Source: Vicugna vicugna
Taxonomy: Eukaryota
Direction: 5' to 3'
NCBI GenBank assembly: GCA_013265495.1
Contig: MU061578.1
Span: 2,799,308-2,863,307 of the forward strand
DNA: 64,000 bases
A program made the position numbers and the translations under genes. Below are positions 8,881 to 24,674 of this stretch, one piece after another. Position 1 is the stretch's first letter, and each line of letters opens with the position of its first letter. The notes beneath the pieces are model-generated. The model did no database searches, was not told where the DNA came from, and was given only the letters and a program-made list of their open reading frames with translations.

Positions 8881-11800
8881 TCACTTCAGAAAGAAACTGT
8901 CACAGGCCAGTTCCCAGCCTCTGAGTTCCTGCAGCGATGCGTCTGTGGGTCTGAGTGTTTCTCTCTCCCCTGAAGGCAGGATAGACAAGTGGAGAGCCAC
9001 TGTGTCAGCCTGCAACATTCCCTACGGGGTCCCACAGTAGGTGCCATGGACCAGTCTGTCCTGGGGCACATCTGATAAACAGTGAATCCGTCAGCCCGCA
9101 AGTTCTACCTTCTCACTCAGCCCCTGTCCTGGGTTGTTTCCAGGTTGGAGGGAGGAGAGGAGTGGCTTTCACAGCATGTCCCGAAACTTTTTTTTTTTGT
9201 TGTTGAAAATTTACGATTAATTTTTTATCTAAGTATACTTATAAAAGCTTTATCTCATAAAAATATGCCCCATATTAGATAATTACCCAAGAATGCTAGC
9301 AGATGTCACAGGTGTTTATTCCTCCCTCCAGAAATGTAAACAACCAAGTTCACGTGTTCTTCCAGGGACCTTGTGTTTCACCTCCACCTGGAAGTTTCAT
9401 TTTGTAATTTGCTTTCTTTTAATGAACCCCTGGGTCTGTAATGATGCTGCCAGTGCTCAAGGGTAGGAAGGAGTGCCAAGAGCTCAGACAAATTCTTAGG
9501 CACTGGAGAATTGCTTTGACGTATTCCTAAGACAGCTCCCAGGCCTGGCTGCAGGTCTGAATGTTGCCCCCCAGAATGACCCACTGATGACTCTCAGGGG
9601 TGGTCGGGTCCAGGAACCTGCAGGGAACATCTCCCCCCACCCGGAGGTCCTGAGGCAACAGGCTGTGGAAATCATTGTCGTGAAGGCTAACCTCTTTGTA
9701 TTCAGCTGGCTGGCAGCTGGGGGACATGTACAGTGTTGTGCGTGGGCCTGGTGGACTCCAGGCCAGAGGGAGCACATAGCACCTGGGGAGGGTCTGCCGT
9801 GGTGTGCCTCAGGGTCCCTGGTTCAGCGACTGGGACACGCTGAACAATGTGAATCCTGCCCACACTCGCATTCCCTGTGGCCCCTGGGTTTTTTTTTAAT
9901 TTGTCACAGCAGGTAGCTCTCTTTGCCTCCCAACATCGTCTCTCTTCTTTAACTTCGCATCTTAGGCTGGGTACCCCCAGCAGCAGAGCCTGATGCAAAG
10001 ATGTGAGGGCAAGTAGTTTATTTGGGAGGTGACTCCAGGAAGCCCTGCTGGGGGACAGAAAGTGAGGCAGGGAAGGGAAGGCAGCCCTTACACGGTGCAT
10101 AAGTGGGCAACTCCCACTATGGGCAACCAGGCTCAGCCCCCTGGGCCTCTAGGGTAGTGGAGGTGGGCCTCTGGTTGGCCACCTGCTGGTGGGGGACTGA
10201 GGGCTTTTATCAGCCTACATTCATTCGTTGGGTTGAGGGCTGCTCTTGGAGGTTAAGTCGCTGGCATTTCCAGCCTGCCCTACACAGGGGCAGGGGATGC
10301 TCTGGCCACCAGAGGTCGCCATCAGAGAGCTGCAGATTCTTGCATCCAGACACCCCTCCCCCCATGCCCGAGGAAAGTGAGCCACAGCAGTGAGCCTCCC
10401 TTGTGTTGCCTTTGGGGCATTATCTCTCCCCCAGACTCCATCCTTGTGGTTCAGCTGGCACTGTCCCCTCCCTCCCAAGTCCCAGGTGGCTTCAGTGAAT
10501 GGTTCAGAAATAGGCATCTGTCCCAGTTGGCCAGGCAAAGCCCACCCTGGAACTTCTGGAATTGTGGGAGAGTGACTCTCTGCCAGGATTGTCCAGCTTC
10601 CAGGGTGTGGGCTGTATGGAGGAGGAAAATGACACCAACGTGGGGAAGAATCCAACCAAGAAAGAAAGAGGATGTTGTCAGAGAGCCCCTGAAGCCAGCT
10701 ACAGCTGAAGCAAGATCATTCTTGCACTTCCCAACTACATAGACCAGTAAATCCCCATTTTGCTTGAGGGAATTTGTGTTGCATTTGGGGGTTTCTGGCA
10801 ACCCAAAGAGTCTGACACTTACGACATGCCACCCCAGCAGGGGCTCATTTTGGACTCAGGCAGTGGCAGAGCTTAGATGGGATGTGGAGCAGAAGGCAGA
10901 AAATTGTCTGAGATCCAGTACTCACCTGTGGTGGGGAGATGCCTGTGACAGAAATTTATAAGAACTTAAGTCATCGACCTGCTGGTCAGAGGTTAACATG
11001 AACTAGTTATGGCAGTGCGAGGATCCCCTCTCCACCTCCCATAGGAGTGATTGAAGACCCCCGAACATGGAATGTGGACCAGGAGTCCTGGGGGCCTGGC
11101 TTGTAACCCTGAGAGTTGTGTACTGGGCAGTTGCCATGGTGTCACGGGTCTCAGTTGCTGCACTGCTCTTTATCCAACTTCAGCATCTGGAAAGACCTCA
11201 GGAAAAGGTAGCAATCCTGGGGCCAATGGATGGCTTTCAGGGGCCCTGAAATGGAAACGGGATTCAAGTGTGATGCTTACAGCTTTCATCAGATTCTCAA
11301 AGGATCTGTGTCCTGGCTCCGGGACGCTTAGGGTCAGGGGTTTCAAATTGTGCTTTTGTGGTGCATTTCTCACCACATTTCTTGGTGAGGACATTGAAGG
11401 GAGGGGAGGGGAACAGGGCTGGGGAGCTAGAGAGGCGTAACTGCCTCTGACGTCCCTGAGAGCCACCCAGCACCTTTCCTTTCGGCTCTTTCCAGCTCCT
11501 TCCAGGCTCTGCTCAAATTCCCGCAACAGCCACTAGCGCCCTGAGACCCGCCTCCATGGAGGCCCCAGGCCTTGGAGGAAGAATTGATCCCCGAGGCAGC
11601 CTTTGGGCCACAGGGAGCCTGGGGTGTTGTATTCTGCCCTCTCTGGACCCAAGGCCCCTAAGGGGCCTTCCGGGAGGCTATTCTGCTGAGACAGACGTCA
11701 GCATGACCCAAGGCTCAGACCTGATCCCAGCTCGCCTGCCCCAGGGAGCTCTTTTTCAACACCCATCACCCCCCAGGGTCCACTGGCTGTTCCTCCGAGA

Positions 11801-12377
11801 GCCCCTACCCACAGCTCCAGAGCAATGCATGCAAGAGTGGCAGGGGATGAGTGCAGGCACTGCACTGGAGCAGCACGGGCTGCTTTCTGTCCTTGCATTA
11901 GATGTGTTGGGCAGGGCTGGGTCACAGCAGCCAGTGTAGACGGGGGTCCTAATACAGTCACACAAAGGAAACATACCTCCTCTGCTTCCCCAAGTGATGG
12001 TCCTTGGCCTCCTGCTGTAAAACAAGGGACCCTTTTCAGGCTCTCATGATGCCTGTGGCAGCCAACACCCTGCTCGCTGTCCCAAGGGAGCTTGCAAGAA
12101 AGATCGGTGCAACCCGTTAGGCCCCGCCCCCTCCTGATGTCAGGACTGTGGCTGTCCTCGGTTGCAACTCTGGGACTTGGTTAAAACCCAGGGGACAGGA
12201 CAGAGTAGCCAGGGAAGATGGACAGTAGGGCCCTCACCTTCACCTGGGTACCTGGCAAGTAGAATCCAGGAACCCACCCAAAGATTCCACATTGGCAGTG
12301 CTGAGTGGGGCCCAGAGGCCTGCATTTAATACCACTGATAAGCTGCACGTGGATCTGTTCGTGCACAGTATGCACGT

Positions 12378-12805
12378 GCAGTGGGTTGAATAGTGCCTCC
12401 CCCACTTTGCAAATTCGTGTCTACCCAGAACCTCAGAATGTGACCTTATCTGGAAGTGGGATCCTTGCAAGCATAATTGGTTAAGTATGATTGAGAAGAA
12501 ATCATAGTGGATTTAGAATGGGCCCTAAATGCAATGACTTGGTGTCCTTGTCAAAAAGGAGACACACAGTGGAGAAGGTCAGGTGACGATGGAGGCAGAC
12601 ACTAGAGTGACGTGGCCACAGGCCAAGGAACACCAGGAACCACCAGAAGCTCAAAGAGGCAGGAAGGACTCTCCCCTAGAGCCTTAGGAGGGGACACCGG
12701 CCTTCATCTCAGACTTCAGGCCTCTGGAAGGTGAGAAAATCAGTTTCTGTCTTAAGCTCCCAAGTTTGTGATAATTTGGTATGGTGGCCCTAGGAAACTA
12801 ATACG
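12378..12805 (+). mobile_element. ERVL-MaLR solo LTR (MLT1C/D-like)
   Basis: gtgggttgaatagtg...cctcagaatgtgaccttat...gccctaggaaactaatac. Confidence 0.75.
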
Positions 12806-13419
12806 ATATATCTGTGCTTTATATATTAAAAATGTGATTTTTTTTTCTGTGCCCTGTCTTTCCCACCCTGAAGAACCAATCTGCAACGCATTGTGTGTGA
12901 CGTCACCCCTGTTGAAAATGCTCTTTTAAATGAGTCTTTTAAACAAGAGTTGAGTAATTCTTGAACAAACCCAGGGAACCCTCCAGGGTTTTAGGAAGTA
13001 GACAGTAGGTATATCCAAATCTAAAACGTTTAATGGTCCTGGTTGGAGCAAACAGTCAGGTGAACAAGAAGTGTCGTGTTTTCATGGCTGAAACAGACTG
13101 ACCAATTCATTTTACGGGGGAGAAGTTCCAGACACAGGATAGGAAAAAAAAAGTCTCAAACTCCCCTTATTTCATCTTGTGGGGAGAACATTCTGCAGCT
13201 GGTTGAGGGAAATACCACTCGGAATTATGCTCTTCCAGGTGAGTGGATCTGCCCAGAAAACACAGTTTCTAAAAAGGGAAAGTCAGGGGGAATTAATATC
13301 CCGACCCCAACTTTTCTCCAGATACACGCAGTGCTAGGCCTTCTGTCCCATGTGAAACAGTGACGGGCATCCTCAGGAAGGAGTCTGGAGTCTTTGGATG
13401 AGAAGCATTAAACAATCAG

Positions 13420-13665
13420 AATAACCACTGACTTATATCAAGTGCTTTCTGTGTGCCAGGCGTTGGGCTGAGGATTTCACAGACACTTTCATTTCGTCCC
13501 ACTACAACCCAGTGAATGAGGTAGGCACTGCTATCCCCATTTTACAGATGAGGATATTGAGGCACAGAGAGGTTAAGTCACCTGCTGGAGGTCACACAGC
13601 TAGTGAGAAAATGGCTGGGGCTCAAACCTCACCTTGTCTAAATTTTAAGACCCAGGCTCCTAAAA
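13420..13665. mobile_element. MIR SINE (representative; many other MIR and L2 fragments occur throughout the window)
   Basis: MIR core ccccattttacagatgagg...tgaggcacagagaggttaagtcacctgc...ggtcacacagctagt. Confidence 0.75.
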
Positions 13666-13899
13666 GTGCCTGGGCAGGTCCTATTGCTAGTGGGTCGTTT
13701 CTGTCCTGGCCACAGTAGGTTAATGAACAAAATGAAGAAGGAAGCCAAGCCAAGGAGCTTCCACCCCTGGGGTCTAGGGGAATTTAGAAGCCAAGAGCTC
13801 AGCAGTCCTTCCTTGGGTTTTTAATCCCAAGCCTCCTGAAGGTAAGAATGGCTACTGATTGACATACTCCAGTGTGGGCCCCAGAGACCTCTCGCACAG

Positions 13900-14370
13900 G
13901 AGGAGAACCATAGCAGATATCACCGTGGCTATCTGTTGCTCCTGTGGCCAGCTCCCTCTGTCCACTGGGCGACTGGCTCTCCCCCATCCCCCTGGTGCTT
14001 CTGGAGGGAATGTCAATCACAAGGCCACTGGCATGAGAGTGAGCATGTGACTTGTGCAGGGCCAGTCAGAGCCTTCCCTGGGATTTGAGATGGAAAGAGT
14101 CTCTTCCTGCCTTAGAGAATGAGAGCCCCGTGGTTGTAGGCTAGGAGATGCCGGCAGCCACCTTTCCCTCCAGGTGGAGAGGACAAGGCCAGCATACAAA
14201 AGGACACGGGGCCAAGAAGCCCAGGTGAAGTTGAGGTTGACCACATGAGCCTGAGGACACTGGACTCTGGATCCAGCCATACCTGGAGCAAGACTCACCC
14301 TTGGTCATTCCAGTTACAGGAGCAAAGGGACTCCCTTTGTTGCTTAAGTCTATTTCAGCTAGAGTTTTCC
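13900..14370. mobile_element. Old ERVL LTR (LTR16-like) remnant; similar remnants near 10500-10810, 15580-15700 and 15970-16490
   Basis: Recurrent motif ctggatccagcc(a/t)tacctg...ttgcttaag...agttt typical of LTR16 families; family assigned by eye. Confidence 0.45.
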
Positions 14371-16663
14371 CAAGGGAAAGGGGGAGAGCAAGCTCTCAGA
14401 AGGAGGGGCCTCTTTGCTGCTCTTAAGGCTGGACTGCCAACGGCAGACCCTCTTCTCTGGAATCGGCAGATCCAGGTTCCAGTTGTCAAAAGCCACTTAC
14501 AATCCCAAGCCAAGTAAAGGCCTCTGCAGGATTCACTGGGTGCTAGTCCTAGACATTAAGTGTGCAGGGAGTGCCAGGACAGCTTCCCCCCAGAATGCTT
14601 CTAGTTTGTAGAGACAAGCTAGAAATTCATCTAAAGACAGTTGGAAAATATCACAAATTGCTCTTGGTGATAAATGCCTGGTGACATGGGAGCAATTAGT
14701 TTTGGGAATGTCTCAAACCTTTCCCCCTCTCTCTCCCTCATGCATGTGCACACACCCCTTGATGCAGGATGCAGTTTTGGATTTTGTTCCCATACCTGAG
14801 AAGTGAACTGAAAACCCCATAGATGGGCGAGGCTCCCTCCCTGCAGGGAGAAGGGGATCTTTGAGGACAGCGCCTTCCCTCTGCCCTAGGTTTGGGGTTG
14901 AGAGTGGCATGGAAGTAAGTCCTTGCTCTCCTTGTCCTGTCATGCCGAGCCTGCATGGAGGTGATGATCCCCATGGCTGTACACCCAGCCCCTGGGCAAG
15001 GCCCTGTGACTTTGGGTGTCAGCCAGAGACATCCCAACGTAAGCAAGGCTACAAGATAAGAGTAACCTGAGCCTCTCATCCCAGACTGTGGAGCTATTCC
15101 AGGGCCCTCCCTCCCAGGCAGATAATCCAAGTGAGTGATGTGTGCTAGGGGTGGGTCAATAGAGAGGGGTGGGGACTGGGGTGGCCCCATTTAGGGGTGC
15201 AGCCCTGTTGCCTTTACCCACAATGTGGCCCCATTTTGCCAACCCTTCTAAACACCTAAGGGGAGCCAGAAATGCTGATTTCTGTGTGAAATGCCCCAAT
15301 TTTTAAACCTTTTGTTTAAGCAAAACTAAAACACTGAAGGCAGGCCAGATCCAATTTTAGGCTGCCAGTTGGTGACCTTTGACCTGTTACCTTTTTGGAG
15401 GCCCAGGAAATGAAAGGAGAAATGTCCTCAGGCCCCAAGGAAACCCACGCCCCTCCTATGCAGGAACTTGGGGGAAATTTTTCTCAATACTGGAGCTGGT
15501 TCTGAGGGTCAGATTTGCCCCAGGGCAGCTGCAGCAAATTTACAGCCCACACCCCACAGGGAAGTCTTGATGCCATGTTTAGATCCTGGATCCAGCCTTA
15601 CCTGAAGTAAACCCTCCTAGACTGGCCAGTTACATGCACCCATGAATGGTCACCCTTTTTTGTTTAAGCCACTGGGAGGCAACTTACAACCAAATAAGTC
15701 ATAATTAAATAGATCCCCAGGAGAGAAAGGGACCTCCAGAGAATATAAAGATAGCCAGAGCTGCTTCATCACTGCCTGGAACTCAGCAGAAACCCTGGGC
15801 CTTCCCAACCTCTTTAAGTCAGAGGTGGCCAGAGTTAGGCCTTCCAGCCATTTGCTGCGAAAATGAATTTCAAACCCAGGGTGAGTGGCTCCCCACAGAA
15901 AGTGGAGCCTGTAACTCATGTAACTGCTCACTTGCTTATCTTGAGACCCAGGGCATCACTATGGGATTAGATGCTATGGTGAACACCCAGCATTTCTGCC
16001 TCCCCAACATTCTTTCCCCCTTCTTCCAGGGGGAACTCCAGTATTCCTAGAAGCACCCCTCCTTGTGCTTTTCAGACCACATGGTTGGCAATAGGGGTAC
16101 TCATGTGATCCCAGCTGGCCAATCACTGCACTTCCTCGTGCCCAGTCCAGATTGGTCCAGATTGGACAGAGGGCCCTGCCAGCCTGTCAGTGTCCTCCAT
16201 TCCCCTGGCAGCCATCATTGGTTCAGGGACCAGATGGGAACGAAGCAGGCTGATAAGATTACATTCCTAGGAGGTTGGATGGAACTTTGTGGGGAGACAA
16301 GATTCTCTTCTGCAGCTGAACTGGGGGGAGGGAGGGAGCCTAATGGTGATGGGGTCCCTTGTACAGGGAAGGCCCCTGAGAAGGAGGCCACCCCAGGGAA
16401 GCAGAGCCAGAGGTAGAGGAGGGCATGGAACCTGATGCCATCCCTGAGCCCCCAGACCTGCAGGTGGTCAGCCTACCCCTTGGCTTTTCATTATGCAACA
16501 CCCGTAGGAGATGATTCTGTCCTCACAACCTGAAGAGCCCATGGAGCTCCAGACACCCCGCCTTTGGCAGTGTCCAGGCCCGCGGCTGCAGCCCACATGG
16601 TCCCAGGCCTCGTGGACACCTGCAGATGTGGGAGTCGTGCTGCCCTGCAGGGCTCCGTCATGA

Positions 16664-16789
<126 letters not shown>

Positions 16790-18788
16790 CTACGTTACCA
16801 TCTGGTGGTGACACAGCCCTGGGGCCCACATGCAGCGGTGGAAAAGCTGGTGATGCTGCAAATGAGGCCCCAGGGCCCTTTCCACAGGCTAGCAACCGCC
16901 CCAGGCGCAGAGGGCAAGTGCAGAGGGAAAAGCAAGTAAAGCTATGATGAGAAATGAAGCCCCACCCATTTCTCTGACCCCCTTCCCTGCCAAGAATGCC
17001 ACAGACCACTCAGGGGCTTGTACCTCACTTAGGTACCAGCATGGCCCAGAGGGCGCCCCATGGCCTGGGGAGGCCTCAGCCTGTCTCCAGCCTCACCCCT
17101 CTGCCTCCTTGCAGCTCCTCTGACACCCACCTCCCCCATCTTGGGGTCTTGTGTGTCTGCGCCTACTCCCAGAAACCTTTCTCTCCTGCCCACTTTGTCT
17201 AGTTAACTCCCACTCCAGAGCAGTGCCGTTTCTGTGGTGACACATTCCAGATCTGCGCCATGCAGCACGGCTGCCGTCAGCCACGTGGGGCTCCTGGGCA
17301 CTCGAGATGTGGCTAGTGCGACTGAGGAACTGAGTTTTCAACTTTATTTAATTCTAATCTCTATGTTTAAATTGCTACCTTTGGCTAGTAATTACCAAGT
17401 CGGACAGTGTAGCCATAGGGCCTGGCTACTCACAGTGTGATCTGGGGCCCAGCAGCACCAGCGTCTCCTGGAGCTTGTCATTGGAGCTGCAGACTCTCAG
17501 GCGCCCCCCCCAACCCCCAGAGTCTGCACTTTGATGAGCCCCTCAGGCGATTTGTGTGCACATCACCTAGGTGTCAACTCCAATGTCACTTCCCAGACAC
17601 CTTCCCCACTACCCTACCCACCCTGTGCCAGGCCTGGTTCTGGACTCTGCACCCTGTGTGTGCGACCTCTAGCACCTCCTGGAGTGTGGCCTGGGGCAAG
17701 GAGCCCAGGCTGGGTACCTTCATGGCACCCACCGATGCTTGGGTGTGGTTACACGGTCTCCTACCATGGTGGGAGATCCTGCCTGCCTGGTACCCACAGA
17801 GCCAGCCCAGCACCTGGCCACTGAGGGCGAGCAGGAAATAGCCTTGAACTGGTTCTCTCATGAGGCTACTGAAGGTCAGGGCAGCAAGGCCTACCACTCG
17901 ACCTCCACCTGCCCTCCCGGAGGCAGTAGCCCCCAGTTCCCTTGTCTACGTATCTGAGTCTCTCTGGGCTCAGTCTCCTTCCCCAGCACTGAGGCCTGAT
18001 GGCCAAAATAGACTCTTCCCAAGGGGGGAATCACCAGCCCTCTGACACTCTGCGGGGTCTCTCTTTAGAGTAAAGACCCTGGCCCAGCATTTCTTGTGCC
18101 ATCTGCGTTTGCCCCAGTGATCCTTGGAGCTCCACCTGGGATGTGGGTCCAGATGTGACACCCTCCTGGAGCCTCGATTTTACTCCATGGTAAGGAATTT
18201 AAAGCATCATTTTTAGAAGGAAACTAACACAGATACTTCACAAGGCAGGATGCAAAATCACATTTGTTTTTGAAACATGAGACAAAAGACCTGGAAGAAA
18301 CCACTATTGAGTACTTACTATATGTCCAGGTGAAGGGCAGGCTTCCCCCAGCCATCGTATATTCAGGACAACCCCACGACTTAGGGGCTTCAGCGGTCCC
18401 CATATAACAGATGGGGCTCAGAGAGGTAAAGTGACTTGCCAGAGGTCACACAGCAACCAGGAAGTGCTGAAGGCTAAAGCACTACAATTCCCTGTCTCTC
18501 TGACAGCAACACTTGGGAGAGAAGTCTGTGAGGCACTATTTTAGTGTTCTAGAACAGTCCAAACCCAGTTTGATGGAATTCTAGGAGTGAAGGGATATAC
18601 AAACAGGAGCGCTCGGGCTCCCCTTCTCCCTCTACCAGTCAGTCTGGGATGCTGGGCTGGGATGTCCAGGGTTTCATTTGAAGGGACAGTTATGCAGCTG
18701 AGGCAGACTTCAGACATGGTGTTCACTCCAGTCGCTCACGATAAGGTTTAACAACAACCAAGCTAGGGCCCCACCCCGGAGAAGCTCA

Positions 18789-19115
<327 letters not shown>

Positions 19116-19462
19116 TTAAACCAATCTACAAGCCAATCCTTCCTTTTGGAGTCTCCTGAAGTCACCCTTATTCCACCCCTGCTGTTACCCCACATCCCTG
19201 GCAGCTGAGTGCCTCCCTCATAGAGAGGAGGGGCAGGGAGGGGCATTTGAGACTGTGAGGGAGAGGGGTACAGCTGTAGGACAACAGAGGTGTGGTTTGG
19301 TTAAGCGCCTGGATTTTGTTGGCCTTTTGTCCTGTTGAGTGGGATTTGCAAACTGAGAGGACCTGGAGAAGGATTTGGGTGGGAGCTTGAAGGTGGTTAG
19401 AGTTTGTTGAGGGCCAAGAGACAGCAAGGTGGGGGTGTTAGTTGTTACAAGAACAACTTTGA

Positions 19463-19550
19463 GGGGGAGGTTATAGCTCAGTGGTAGAGTGCATGCTTAG
19501 CAGGCACAAGGTCTTGGGTTCAATTACCAGTACGTCTACTAAATAAACAA
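19463..19550 (+). mobile_element. tRNA-derived SINE (camelid Vic-type)
   Basis: GGGGGAGG-TATAGCTCAGTGGTAGAG (A box)...GGTTCAATT (B box), then an A-rich tail. Confidence 0.8.
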
Positions 19551-19685
19551 ATTGACCTGCAAGCACCAGCCTCACGGAGAATGTGGGGTCAGCAGGGGTG
19601 GCTCATGTTCATGTCTGAGTCTGTTCCCAGACCTACAGTTTCTCTGCTGTGTCAGCTCTGAAACTTGAGCATGCATCAGCAATCA

Positions 19686-20267
<582 letters not shown>

Positions 20268-20582
20268 TCACTGCAGGAAGGGTGGGCTGCTGAGGCTCCC
20301 AGCCTCCCTTCTCCCCCTACATCTAGGAATTGCTCTGGACAAACAGACCCACCTCTGTCTGAAACCCCTGGGAGGTTCCATCCTGCCATGCAGTGACCCA
20401 CAGCCAATGACTGCCTGATGTGAGGGTACAAAGGCCAGCCCCCTACAATCAGATCAGGCTGGGTAGACCAATTCTGAAACCACCTCTTGGCTTAGCTTCT
20501 GCCTCCACCCCGTCCTGCCCCACCCTCCTTACAGGTTTCTCTGGAGCACCCATCCTCTACAAATCTCTGGCACAAAAACTCA

Positions 20583-20822
<240 letters not shown>

Positions 20823-21385
20823 TCAGGGCCCAGCCAGGCCTGCTGACCCCACAGAAAGGTGCCTGTGATCCCTGAAATCACACTTGTAACAGGCATACAT
20901 GTCATGACAACAGGAGAGAACTGGCAGGCTTGGCAAAATTCATAGGAAATGTCATTTTTTTTAACCCTGAATTCGTGTAAACTTGCTGTTTGATAGTTCT
21001 GTTAGAGGAGGGGGAGGGGCCTGCCTTCCCGCAGTCAGATGAGATAAGGGTCACCCCTATCATCTCACCCCATGGGAGGCAATGAAAGGGATCTGGGCCA
21101 CCTCCCGTGGAAGCAGTTGCTTGATCATCTCTGCTGTGTGGCTGTGGGTTAGGGACAGATCCCTTTGGGTACATCAGCTCCAGGGTCCAGGCCACTGGGA
21201 CATTTGGGTCACCTTCCCTTGCAACAGAGGGTGCAAAGCTGGCAGGTAAACTAACTGCTGCCTAGCAACGTCCTGGATGGGAATACAAAGGAGTATGCCT
21301 TCGACTGGCCCAGCCTCTGAGCTTCCAGGAAACTTCCACCTTTGCTCACTAGGTCTGAAAGAACCAAGGTAAGACCCCTCCTTCA

Positions 21386-22140
<755 letters not shown>

Positions 22141-23989
22141 GGAAAGTATTTCAACACTGAGCTCTAAGCTGCCCATCAGTCTCATTTGTCATGGCATCCC
22201 AATGCTGCTGTGGTGTCTGACTCAGGAAATATTTGGTGAAGGAAGGAAGGAAGGTGGGTAGCCGGACACTTGGCATGGCAGGCCTAGGGCATTTCAGCAA
22301 GGAATGTCACCAGCAAAAAATCAAAACAAGAAATCCCACCTGTGTGGGTCACACTCCTTCAGCCGCCCCCCCGGGAGGGGTCCCCATGGCCTGGCTGCAT
22401 GCACTGGCCTCCATCTAGTGTGGCCAGTGGGGGATGGGGGTGGCAGCAGGAGATGAGAGGTGGGTACTTCTTCTCTGGCTTCCTCTCTGCTCCATTGCCC
22501 CTGGCAGTCCCCACTCTCATCTGTTCCAGCTCTCATGGGGCTCCAGTAACAAGGACATTCCCTCCTCTTGTCCCTCCAGCCATTGCGTGCTGCAGTGGCT
22601 AGCCCCTGGGGCCTCTCTATCCTGCCCACCCCTCTACAGGGAGCTCCAGTGTGTCATACCCCCATTGGAGCCACCTGGGTGAATTCTGCTTCTGGCCCAA
22701 CTGACTGGCTCCCACCCCCACCCAACGTACATCTTCTTAGGAAATCTCTAAACAGCAAAGGAACTTAATTTTCACAAAAGCAGGATGTTTCCAGATAAAA
22801 TGCTTCAGTATCAGGTCCTGCCTGTCCCTCCTGCAGCTCTTGCTCCCCAGCCCAGCCCCAGAAGAGCCTTGAAGTAGCCCCAGAAGCCAGAGAACTTTCT
22901 GCCCCAGAAGTCTGCTCATGTCCTCTCCTCTGACAATCCTACCCTGGCTCCCTACTGCCCCAGGACAAGGTCCCATCTTTGCCACAGCCTGGACTCACCA
23001 GCCACCGGCCCCTGAGCATCTTCTCATCCTCCTCCAGCCACCCTGGACTGGTTTTTCAGTCCCTCAGAAGCATCCAGCCAGGTCCTGCCTCTAGACCTTT
23101 GCCTGTGATGTGCGGGTCGCCTGCTACACCCTTCCTCCCACCCTTCTCCTGCTGGACTCTTGCTCCCTCCTCAGTCTCAGCCCACATTGCCTGCTCAGCA
23201 GGACCTTCCTTGGCTCCACAGTCTAAACGATCCCCCTGCATCACCCCTGCCTTAGTCTCCCCAAGAACCCGAACGCCCCCACACCCTCATCACAGGACAT
23301 CATGAAGCAGGTACTTGTGTGGGGCTATCTGGTTTCTCTCCCCTGACACACACACACACACCCCATGACGGGAGGAGACACACTGCATCCCCACGGCGCG
23401 CATTAAGTACTTCATAAAACACTGAATCCATTTAAATTTCAACTGTCAAGTCTCTATCCAGACTGAACCTCTACGTACAGCAGAGGTGCTCAGGCTTTCC
23501 TGGGCACCAAATCCCCGGGCACTTGGTAAGATGCTGCCTCTGAGTCTGTAGGACAGAGAGGGGCCTGACACTCTGCACTGGCCTGCAGACCACACTTCAG
23601 TAGCAAGGCCTCTGGGCAGTGGTTTTCAACTGCAAGTGACAACCAGTAGTGGTTGTGAAATCAACTATGGCTGCGACTTGCCTATTCTGAATGGAAAGGA
23701 CTAGAAAAGAATAGCAGAGTGTCTTGTAAATACAATAACCATCACTCGTGAATCTGTTGTTTCAGGTGAGTGTGTGTGCGTATGTGTGCACATGCAGGCT
23801 CAGGCAAACACTGGGACCAGGTTGCAACATAAAGTCTATTTCTGACTGCAGGTCATGGGCCAAAAGTTTTAAAATCCCTATAGCACAGGATCCCAACACT
23901 CCTCAGAACCAGCTCACAGGAGTCTCAGGAATGTGTTACAATTCTAGGTGTGACTCTCATGTCCACAAAGCAAAGCAGGACAGTGGCTA

Positions 23990-24674
<685 letters not shown>

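Noticed and set aside
19463..19550. tRNA genes at the TAGCTCAGTGGTAGAG...GGTTCAA sites (six loci)
   Set aside because: The copies are diverged, have A-rich tails and mostly TSDs, and lack a clean acceptor stem; they are SINEs, not tRNA genes.
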